From Reclinomonas americana ATCC 50394 (Eukaryota): a stretch of 33,305 nucleotides of DNA. Each line of letters starts with the position of its first letter. The stretch's first letter is position 1. Under the pieces are notes generated by a model. The model was not told the origin of the DNA. It worked only from the letters and a program-made list of their open reading frames with translations, and did not search any database. The position numbers and the translations under genes are program-made. This document shows positions 23,676 to 33,305 of the stretch, piece by piece. The stretch covers positions 44,696 through 78,000 of the forward strand of contig PS015129.1 of assembly GCA_048213135.1 (NCBI GenBank), written 5' to 3'.

Positions 23676-26600
23676 AACAGAAGAGAACGGAGATCAAGCG
23701 GACGCGAGATGAGAAAAGAGTGGACGGAATGGAACGAAGAAATGAGGGGGGAAGGCGAAGGGGAGATGAGAGAATGAATCGAGAGATGTCGAGAACGAGA
23801 CGAGGAGAAGCTGACGAAGCGGAGAAAAAGGAAACGGGAAGAGGGGGAGGAAATGCAGGACTCACCCTTCTCGCCAGTCGACACCATCGACGCCCAGGCG
23901 GTGGCAATCAGCGCACCGGGGCGGCTACCCATGAACGACGGGCTGCACGCAAAAAACAGAGACTGAATTTCAAGGCTCCCCATGCAAGAGACAGCGGCAC
24001 TCGCACGCCTCACCTGCCGTACAAGCCACCCGGCCAGTTCGGGTACGCAAAGAACTGGTGACGCAGGAAGTCGACGTTGCGGTACGTGATGACGCTGGCA
24101 CCCTGTGCATCAAATGCGCGCGAGTCAGGCACGATTGCCAATAGCAGCGACTAGATTCCTGTCCACCCACCTTGGCCGAGAAGCCAAACTTGTGCACGTC
24201 GGCCGACATGGACGTCACACCACGGTTGCGATAGTCAAACGGCACAATGTTGGGGAAGCCGGCTTTCTCGAGCCACGGAAGCTGTCCAGGGAGATAGGGA
24301 GAGCATATGAGAGGGAGGCAGAGAAAGAGAGAGAAAGAGAGAGAGACTCCGCCAACCAAGCGCCTGCTCACCATGAATCCACCAAGGCAGCCATCCACGT
24401 GGCACGGCACGCCCTTGGAGTAGGCAAACTCGGAGATCTCCGGAATCGGGTCCAGCACGCCGTGCGGGTAGCTGACGGCTGAGCCAACAATCTGTACCGC
24501 GAAAAAGATGAGAATGCTGCGCAGAAAACAAAAGCGCACACATGCACACACCATCACCACGTTGCGGTTGAACTTGCTCTTCATCGACGAGATGAGAGCC
24601 TTGCCGGTCTTCTGATCGCAGTCGAAATAGGTGCATGTCATGCCAAAGTAGTGAGCGGCCTTCTCAAGCGCCGGGTGGGCGGTGATGGGCAGCAGACTGC
24701 ACATACGTGTGAGTGTGGGAGTGGGAGTCACCTTTCCTCTTCAAACGCAACATCTCCGGCTCGGTGATGCCACGCTCGCGACCCATCTCGCGGTACACCA
24801 GTGTGGCCATGAGCAGGGACTCGGTGCCGCCGCTGGTCATGGTGCCGCACACCTTGTCGTTGCCGTTCAGCATCGAGGCAGTCATGCGCACAACCTAAAA
24901 CGAGAGGGCGTGTGAGGGCGCAAAGGGGCAAGGGTGGTGTGCATGGAAAACACTTTACCTCCTGCTCCATTTCGGCCACCGACGGGAACGACGATACGTG
25001 GAGTGGGTTGGTCTGGCTGAACATGCCGTACACCTCGTTCATGAATTGCACGTGCTCCTCACCGCCGTGGTACACGAAACCGAAGGCCTTTGAAGGGGGA
25101 AGGAGGGGAAAGGGGAAGGGGAAGGGAGGGATAAGGGGAAGGGAGGGCAAAGGGAAGGAATGAATGGAGGAAGAGAGAAGAAACCGGAGGGAGAGAGGGT
25201 GAGAGGGAGAGAGATGCGGAAGGAAGTGGCGCTGAAAGAGGAGAAGCAAGGCGGTGCAGAAGACAGACAACATCGACGTCGAGGGGAGAGGCTAATCGCC
25301 CAACAGAACAGCGATGTTGGAGAGAAAAGTACAGAAGGAGACGTAACATGGCGCAGGGGAAAACGACGCTGCACAGAAAAGAACAGCGCTGCAGATATTC
25401 AGAGAGGCGAAGCACACGGGGCCTAATGAAGAGAAGAGAAAAGAGAGAGCACAGCAGAGCTTGGCCGGATGGAGAAATCGCAGAGGAACATCGGAGAAGC
25501 AGCATCGTGGCACATTGCAGGGGTGAAATAACGGTGACGAGAGAAGGAGCGTAGCAGGAAAGATTGCGCAGAGAAGGGAGACAGAGAGAGAAAGCTGAAC
25601 CGTACTTGAATGCACACTCACCTTGCCCTTCTGCCATTCACAGTCGCGATCCTTCATCTGCTGCATCTTGGCCAGCAGCTGACGGTGCTGGATGCCGTCG
25701 CGCGGAACCGCACGGTACCGTCCCTCGCGCTCCTTCTGTGCCGTGGAAGATGCATCACGTGAGAGCAAGAACGAACCACGTGTTGAACGAAGTTAAAGTT
25801 GTCACAAAGGGACGATTAAGTGTGCGCCTCCAGCGTGACGGGCGGAAAGAGAGCAAGAGTGCAATGGAAGCGAGAATATGACGAACAAAGAGGAGTCCAG
25901 CACTGGAAGAGAGAATGCAAGTGCATAATGAAGAATGAGCGACAGGGAATGAAGGCGAAAGCGAGAGCAAAGGGCGGGACGGAGCTGCAAATGCATGAAG
26001 GAGAGGGCGAGTGGAAGACAAGGATAACAAGATGAAGGGTTGGGCAAGACAGCGAGAACCCCAAGGAATGAAGGGAGACGGATTGAGCACATTAGAGAAG
26101 CGAAGCGAGACAGACAACGAAGAGTTGGAAATGAGAAGGAAGCGTGTAAGGGAAGTGTGACCGAGGAGGAGAAAGGAAAAAAGGACAGAGCAATAAAGGG
26201 AAAGCACGAAAAGAAATGCAAACGCCGAACACGGCGAGTGAATTAGAAGAACAAGTGTTCTTTTTTTCCCCCTTCCCTTCCTCCCTTCCCTTCTCCCCCT
26301 TCGCACCTTATTTCCCACATCATCCAACATCTTCATCTTGCGCTTCTTCTCCAGCTTGTACAGCCAGCTCAGCACCGGCGCGCGCTTCACAAAGTTCAGC
26401 ACCGACCGCGCAATCACCGTGAACAAGCCTGTACACACACAGAAACTCCGCCAATGAGCTCCCCAACTCCGGCATTGCAATGAAATGCGACATGACACGT
26501 GTGTGCGGCGAAAGGAGAAGGAGGAGGAGGAGAAAGAGAAGGAGAAGGAGGCTGGAGGGGGAGAGAGGAAGGAGAAGGAGGAGAAGGAGAGGTATGAATA

Positions 26601-27710
26601 TGCATGAAAAGTGTCTCTTCTTGTCTTTCTCTTTTCCTCAGCTCTCTTTGTGCAGCTTTCTGACTGCGGCAATGCTCGCAAGGAGTAGGCCACATAGTAG
26701 AGGGAGAACGATGAGTGAATGTGTGTGAGGGGGGAGAATGAGAATGCATTTGTGCGAATTGTGCACGCAAGTGCATCTCTTCGCGCAACTCTGCCACTGC
26801 TGCAGCGCATACAGCAAGAAGTCCACATATAGGAGAGCAGACAGGAGGATGCAGCGCAAGTGAAAGCACTCGTGCATGATGAAAGCGCTTTTCCCACTTT
26901 CTCTCTTTCTCCTCTCTTTTTCTTCCTCTCTCTCCGCGCAACTATCTCACTGACGCAGTGCAAACAGTGTGCGTGTGTGCGTGAGAGAAGGAGCTGCACA
27001 AGGAGAGGAACTTAAAGAGAGAGTGGGAAAAAAGGCACTTTTGTTATGTTGTGACACTCTTTGCTCTCTTGTCTGTTCTTCTCTGTGCGGCTTTCTTACT
27101 ACTGCAGTGCACACAGAAGAAAGCTACACAGAGAATAGGAGACAAGAGAACAAAGCGCATTGTGATAAATGTGCCTTTATCTCTCACTATCTCTTCTTCC
27201 GCTTGCGCAACTCCTTCTCACACACACACATAAACACTACTGCAGTACCCACCGCAACAAAGACAAACAGAAAAGAGAAGACAAGAGAACAAAGAGCGCG
27301 ACAAAAGTGCCTTTTCTCACTTTTTCTCTCTGTCTTTATCTCTTCCTCCGCTTGCGCAACTCCTTCTCTCTCACACACACACGCATACACACTGCTGCAC
27401 AAAGACAAACAGAGAAGAGCAGACAAGAGAACATCATAAAAGTGCCTTTTTCCTCCCTCTCCCCCCCCCTTTCTCCCTCCACGCAACTCTCCGACTGCCG
27501 CAGCGCCCACAACAAGTAGGCCAGTGTGAAGGCAATGAGAGCTCCACCAATGAGCACAGAGAGCGCGCACAGAGGCGAGTTCTCATGCGCCGCGAGCAGC
27601 GTGGCCCACGCGCCACGTGCATCGGCGGCGAGCGCTTGAGCCCACACGCTCAGACGCTGAGTCAATGGAGTGTCAAAGGTGCTGGCGAGGAGCACGAGAG
27701 TGCCAGCCAT
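22147..27710 (-). CDS. SGPL1: Sphingosine-1-phosphate lyase (PLP-dependent, group II decarboxylase fold), ~13 exons
   Basis: N-terminal TM, then WQKGKAFGFVYHGG, TNPLHVSSFPSVAEMEQEVVRMTA, TSGGTESLLMA, TAHPALEKAAHYFG, GSAVSYPHGVLDPI, HVDGCLGGF, VTSMSADVHKFGFSAKG (PLP Lys), WPGGLYGSPSFMGSRPG. Confidence 0.96.
26440..27487 (-). repeat. SGPL1 intron 1 composed of direct and inverted degenerate repeats
   Basis: Recurrent cgcaact, aaagtgccttt and agacaagagaaca blocks. 26966-27045 is an imperfect reverse complement of 27303-27390. Confidence 0.75.
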
Positions 27711-28099
27711 GGCTCGGAGAAAGGAAAGGAGAAAATGGAGATCTGAACGAAATGGATTCCCGGACTTAACTTGACTTGGGCAAGGGCACGTGGCACTTGA
27801 AGCCGCAAGCTCAGACAAGCAGTCGACGGAGTAGTGGCTGTAGACTGCACATGCTTCAATTCCGCTCGGAATTTGGTCATAAACGCGGCAGAGCGTCTGC
27901 TTTCTCCCGATCGTACGCTGCCTCAATCGATTGCTTTCCTCCTGTCGTTTGTTGTCTTTCCCGAGCTTAATCATCGCTGGAAGCCTGGCGAGGGTCACGG
28001 ATCCGCCGATGCAAGAGCAAGGGTCAACAGTGCGGGCACGAGATCTGCCCTTGCAATTGGGCTTCAAGATGCTCACCACACAAGCTGGTGATCATCATG

Positions 28100-28255
28100 C
28101 AGCTGTGTTGCTGTTTGGATTAGTAAAGTTGTTGCTGTTGTTGTTGTTGTAGTTGTTGTTGCCGCTGCTGCTACTGCTGCTGCAGTTGTTGCAGTTGTGT
28201 TTTCGTTGTTGCTGTGGCAGCTGCTCTTGCACTCGCTGTTGCTGCTGCTGATCTA
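28100..28255. repeat. (GTT/GCT)n trinucleotide low-complexity tract between AGMO and SGPL1
   Basis: Directly visible. Confidence 0.85.
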
Positions 28256-28444
28256 GTTATTGTTGCTCTCGCTCTTGCAGCCACCGCTCAAATCAGCCGT
28301 ATTGATGCTCCCTTCGAATCCTGTCGCCCATCCTCCCTTCCCCGCAAAACTACACAATGAGAACATACGCTTCACTACGCTACTGCTTCGAAAAACGGTC
28401 AAAACAAAAAAACAAGAACAGAATAAGAAACGGGAGTCACAACC

Positions 28445-30654
28445 TCACACGCGACTGCTCTCGTCCTTCAAGTCGGGCAGGAACAGCATGGTGGATTTGT
28501 CGCTGTTGATGCTCGACGACGACGACGACAAGGGCGAGAGTGGGCTCGACTTGCCCATGGGTGACATGGGCGATATGGAGTGGCCATTGGTGGTGATGGC
28601 AATCACCGCCGAGGAGGAGGACAACGAGGAGGGAGTGCCATTGGCAATGGTGACGGTCATCGGCAGCGCGGTGGTGCCGGCGGTCGGGTGCTGGTAGAAG
28701 ATGAGGTAGGAGAGCCAGCAAAAGACGGCCACCGAGTAGAGCGAGACGGCCATGCTGTAGGGCTCGGAGGGGAGGCCGCTGGTGATCATAAAAGAGGGGA
28801 GGGCGGCGGTCAGTGCCAGGCGGGCCATTTCGCACCACAGCACAATGGAGATGCTGCCGCGTGACTTGCTACTTTGGTCCTCGCTGTCGCCGTGTGACTC
28901 TTTCGTGAGCAGGTGGCGGTTGTTGAGGACACACGCCACTGTCGTCAGGCACCTTTTTGAGGGGAGAAGGGGTTGTGAGGGAAAGGAAAATGGTAACAAA
29001 GGAAGAGGAGGATGAGACGCGTGACAAACCAAATCATGTAGGCACCCTTGACAATCACTTGCAGGGGGGTGAGGCCGGGGAAATTGAGGACGGGCAGTCC
29101 AATGCCTGCGCCAAAGGCGAAGGAGACCAGCGCAAAGGCCAGCCACCGCGGCGCAATGAAGGGATTGAAGACGGGTGAGGTGTTGGGATCGGGTTGCGGG
29201 CACGAGTAGTAGGCGCCGGTCGAGGGGTCCCACGCCGGGCTGCGCACCACCACTTGCACCTTGGTGCAGGGGTCGTGGACGGCGGCCACGGCCTTGCCAA
29301 TGTCCTCCCAGTGGTGCATCTGGATGGCCACCGGGTCGAATGTCTCCAGCGGGTGCACGAGGCCGTACACGCACTCCTCGCGCTCCTCCTCGAACGTGCC
29401 GAACCACTTGTCGAAGACGATCAAAATGCCGCCATACTGCAAAAGGGAAAGGGTGGGTGAGGGGGACGGGAGAAGGGAAGGGGGGGAGAGGGGAGTGGGC
29501 GCAACGTTCTTGTCGAGGTATTGTGGGTTGCGGGCGTGGTGGACGCGGTGGTGGCTGGGGGTGTTGAGGATGTGTTCCAGCCAGCCGAGTTTCGGCACGG
29601 TTTTGGAGTGGATCTGATGAGGGGAAAGGGTGAGAAGGGGAAGGCGAAGGGGGAAGGGGGAGAAGGGGAAGGGAAAGGGTGGAGCCATATGCGAAGCACT
29701 ATTGCCTCTTGCAATGCTTGAGCACTCTGAACTACCTCTCCCATCCCTTCTCCATCCCTCACACGCAACGAGGAATTGGTAAATGAGGTTGATTTGCGCG
29801 TGCTTGGCATACATGATCGGCGAGAAGAAGAGCGCCAGCCAAATGTTGGAGATCCACGACAGGACGTTTTGCAAAACTCCTTGTCGTAGGGCGACGGCGT
29901 AATTAAAGTCCTCCCTGTGGGGGCGAAGAAGGGTAAATAAATGGCAAAGAGATGAAGAAGAAGGATGGAAGAGAGACGCTGAATGCAGAGAAAAGAGAAT
30001 AGAAGGGATGGAGTAGAATAGGTAACCAAGGGAATTAAAAGAGTTACGAGAACAGTCAAGCGAGGGCAAAGAGACAAAGAGACAAAGAGGGAGGGTGAGA
30101 GAGAGTGAGGCGAAGGTGAAGAGAGGAATCGAAACTGGGCAAAAGACGGGCATGTCTGAGAGACATGCTGTCTGGAGACAGAAGAGGAAGGCACACGATA
30201 TGAGACCTGCATACTGAGAACAAGTATGCTGCACTGAGATAGAAGCAATACGCGAGCAACCTGAAGAAGAAAAGAAGAAAGGACGGCGAACGAATGGAAG
30301 GTCAGAGGACATCCAAGAGGAGCATTCTCTCACCCTCTCCCTCTCCCTCTCCCTCTCCCCTCTCCCTCTCCCTCTCCTTCCCCCTCTCATCTCTCTCTTG
30401 TGGCCGCTACGCAACGACGAGTGGTGCACTGTGTGCGTGGCCCAGCCAAAATTCATCTCATGCACGGCGCGGTGGAACCAGTAAAAGGCGAAATCGGTCA
30501 AGAAGAAGCAGAGGAACTCGGTGATCCACGAGTCGTCCGGCAGCGTCATCAGGTGCGCATAGTGGTACACGTACGCGAAAGGAACAATGGCGAGGAAGTT
30601 GCAAAAGAGGCGTCCCAAAATTTGCTGGAAGAAGCCGGCAGTCAAGTCGGATAT
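28445..30654 (-). CDS. AGMO: Alkylglycerol monooxygenase (TMEM195; fatty acid hydroxylase family); 5' exon(s) not resolved, probably in the gap
   Basis: [99 protein letters not shown]. All His boxes are present, plus the AGMO-type C-terminal extension. Confidence 0.93.
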
Positions 30655-32165
30655 CTGCGAGGGGGCGGGAAGGGGGAAGAGGGTGGGCGGGGGGAAGGAA
30701 GGGAGAGAGGGGAAAGAAAAGGAGAGTGATATCGGCAGGCAAGCGGCAATGCGAAAACACAGATAAGCAGAGGGAGATCTGTGATATCAGACAGGATGCA
30801 AGAGAAAAAAGAGAGACAGGGCGAGGGAGCGAGGAGAGGCGCAGAAGGCTCGAGAAGAAGAAGAGTGTGATCCGTTGAATGAGAGGGAGGAAATGCAAAC
30901 AATGCGCACAACTGAAAGTTGAAACCCTCAGAATGACCCCGTTCATCAACCACAATAAGTGGCCTCTCAATGGCGAGCGTGGAAACAGTGGCGAGAGAGA
31001 GACTGAATAAGTGAGGGGAGGCCAAGACTACAGCAAAACAACTACAGTGAGAGGGAAGCGAGAGGTAAGAGAGCAACGCCAACAGAGATATGAAACAAGA
31101 GAGGACTGATATCTGGAACTGAGTAAGGTGAGGCAATTCAACGCAGGAAGATGAGTGATATCGGCGTGGAAATGAGAAAGAGAGTGGGGCGAGGAAGGGA
31201 AAGATACAAAAGAAAGGAAGTGAGATGAAAACAGGGAGATCGGAGTAAAAACGAGAAAGAGTGGGAGAGTGATGCGAGGGACTGAGAGAGGGGGATGCAA
31301 AGTCAAAGCACTTGAGGAAAGGGGAGAAGAGTGAGGTTTGGAGGCGAGAAAGGAAGAAAGCCTGGAAAGCAATCCGAGTGGAAGAGAATCAGGAGCTGTG
31401 TAAGAAGACAAGTGTTGAACAGAGTGGAGGGAGAGAGGGAGGGAGAGAGGGAGGGAGAGAGGGAGAAGGGAGAGAGGGAGGAGGGAGAGAGGGAGAGCGA
31501 GAGGGATGGAGAGAGGGATGGAGAGAGGGAGAGAGAGAGGGATGGAGAGAGGGAGAGAGAGAGAGGGAGAGAGTGAGAGGGAGACGGACGGAGAGAGGGA
31601 GGGAGTGGGAGAGAGAGAGGGGGAGTGGGAGAGGGAGTGGGAGAGAGAGAGAGAGGAGGGAGGAGAGGAGGAGAGGNNNNNNNNNNNNNNNNNNNNNNNN
31701 NNNNNNNNNNNNNNNNNNNNNNNNNNNNNNNNNNNNNNNNNNNNNNNNNNNNNNNNNNNNNNNNNNNNNNNNNNNNNNNNNNNNNNNNNNNNNNNNNNNN
31801 NNNNNNNNNNNNNNNNNNNNNNNNNNNNNNNNNNNNNNNNNNNNNNNNNNNNNNNNNNNNNNNNNNNNNNNNNNNNNNNNNNNNNNNNNNNNNNNNNNNN
31901 NNNNNNNNNNNNNNNNNNNNNNNNNNNNNNNNNNNNNNNNNNNNNNNNNNNNNNNNNNNNNNNNNNNNNNNNNNNNNNNNNNNNNNNNNNNNNNNNNNNN
32001 NNNNNNNNNNNNNNNNNNNNNNNNNNNNNNNNNNNNNNNNNNNNNNNNNNNNNNNNNNNNNNNNNNNNNNNNNNNNNNNNNNNNNNNNNNNNNNNNNNNN
32101 NNNNNNNNNNNNNNNNNNNNNNNNNNNNNNNNNNNNNNNNNNNNNNNNNNNNNNNNNNNNNNNNN

Positions 32166-32203
32166 CAAGACAGCTGTTGCTTGTTTGTTGGTGAATTTGT
32201 TGT
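32166..32203 (+). repeat. Dispersed element, copy 3 (5' end lost in the gap)
   Basis: CAAGACAGCTGTTGCTTGTTTGTTGGTGAATTTGTTGT. Confidence 0.9.
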
Positions 32204-32369
32204 CTCCGTATTGTTCTTTCCGCGGATCCCGACTTTTCGAATTCGGTCTCCTTTGCGGCACCGTCCACTCCTACCTCCCGGACCCCACCCTTCTTCCCCT
32301 TCCCCATCTTCTATTCCTATCTCCTTGCCACATTTGCTGCCCGCTTCACCCTTCTTTTTTTGCAATCAG

Positions 32370-32896
32370 TTTCCACCACTCCACCCAGCCAACCGATTGA
32401 GAGGAGTTTCGTCACACCTCACTTGTTCCGCGCGCGCGCCTCTTCCTCCCCGCCTCTCTCTCTCTCCGCGTGCGTGTTCGTGTTTCGCTCTCGGAGAGCA
32501 AGTGTTCCTGTGCGTGTGAGAGAGACAAAGAGAACAGTCGTCTTCTCCCCCGGCAAGATTCGCCGCGCTAATCAAACACCAATACACTCGGGCGTTTTCG
32601 ACGAGTTGCGTTTGCCACTTGACTTTTTCCTCCCACTTACACACACACTCTCTCTTCACACCCACCCACACACACTCCTTCCCATCTCTCTGCGTGCGCA
32701 CAAGTCACATGTCCGAATGCTAATCACGAGAGACGTTTTTATTTGCAGTGGAGTCGACAGCAACAGCCACCACCACAACAACAGCGAGTGGCACCGCGAG
32801 CCGCGCCTCACTGCTGCAATCGACGATTGTCGTGGTGGAGACATCGCGGACAGTGGACGCGCGGCGAGCGCGCAAAAAGTCATGGGAGCGTTATGA
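32370..32896 (+). CDS. 3' exons of a small hypothetical protein; start unresolved
   Basis: ...PGKIRRANQTPIHSGVFD splices at GTTGCGT (32605) to GVDSNSHHHNNSEWHREPRL...VMGAL*, a GC3-rich frame. Confidence 0.45.
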
Positions 32897-32959
32897 TCGC
32901 AAGCTGCGCGACTTGGAGTTTTGGTTCTCCGCCGGTCCCACACGCACCGTCCCCAACGA

Positions 32960-33140
32960 TCATGTGCGCATGCTGTTGGCGTCCCGCGCGCCTTCGGAAG
33001 TTGGGGGAGCGGCGGCGGCTTCGGTGGTGAGGCCGGGGACGCCCGGAGCGGCGTCGATGGTTCCTTCGGTGGTGTCCTCCTCGTCGTCCTCGTCGTCGGT
33101 GAAGAGTGGGGGGAGGTTTGGGTCGCGGGCGCCGTCGGAG
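32960..33140 (-). CDS. Last exon of a minus-strand gene entering from the right edge (acidic tail)
   Basis: SDGARDPNLPPLFTDDEDDEEDTTEG...ANSMRT*, GC3-rich, preceded on the minus strand by a pyrimidine-rich intron ending in AG. Confidence 0.55.
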
Positions 33141-33305
33141 CTTGTCACGGCGAGATCGCAGAGGACGGGGTGAGTGGGGGAAGGGGGAGAAGGGGGGAGA
33201 AGGGGGAAAGGGAGGGAGAGGGAGAAGAGGAGAGAGAGAGAGAGGAGGGAGGAGGGAGGAGGGAGGAGGGAGGAGGGAGGAGGAGGAGGAGAGGAGAGGA
33301 GGAGG

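Noticed and set aside
25828-25903. Candidate extra SGPL1 exon ending LFPPVTLE with a GC donor
   Set aside because: There is no adjacent AG acceptor for the short version, and the direct GNK|KERE join is already in frame.
32748-33173. Long + strand ORF overlapping the minus-strand exon
   Set aside because: Codon bias and splice phase favour the other + frame, which stops at 32896, so no CDS overlap is needed.

Overview
Draft-assembly DNA (five N gaps) from an intron-dense eukaryote with GC-rich exons, probably a unicellular protist; I cannot name the taxon. The ORF track mostly misleads because the genes are heavily spliced, so I rebuilt exons by hand using the standard code; no in-frame stops were needed. 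Genes in order: 3' part of a Ser/Pro-rich + strand gene; a 7TM-RGS protein (-); a GH38 alpha-mannosidase with a Pro-rich stalk and C-terminal membrane anchor (-); a CAP-Gly protein (+); a CRT-like transporter (-); a possible PD-(D/E)xK-like gene or relic (-); a secreted Cys-repeat protein (-); sphingosine-1-phosphate lyase (-); alkylglycerol monooxygenase (-); and two partial convergent genes at the right end. The strongest unexplained signal is a second class of 5' splice site. About 16 of roughly 65-70 hand-inferred introns start GTTGCG(T), with the conserved G at +6 rather than +5, and none of these follows an exon ending in G. Also notable: a ~55-bp dispersed element lying sense-upstream of genes, a 34-nt stop-to-start spacing, a probable convergent CDS overlap, and an intron built from decayed copies of the preceding exon end and donor.
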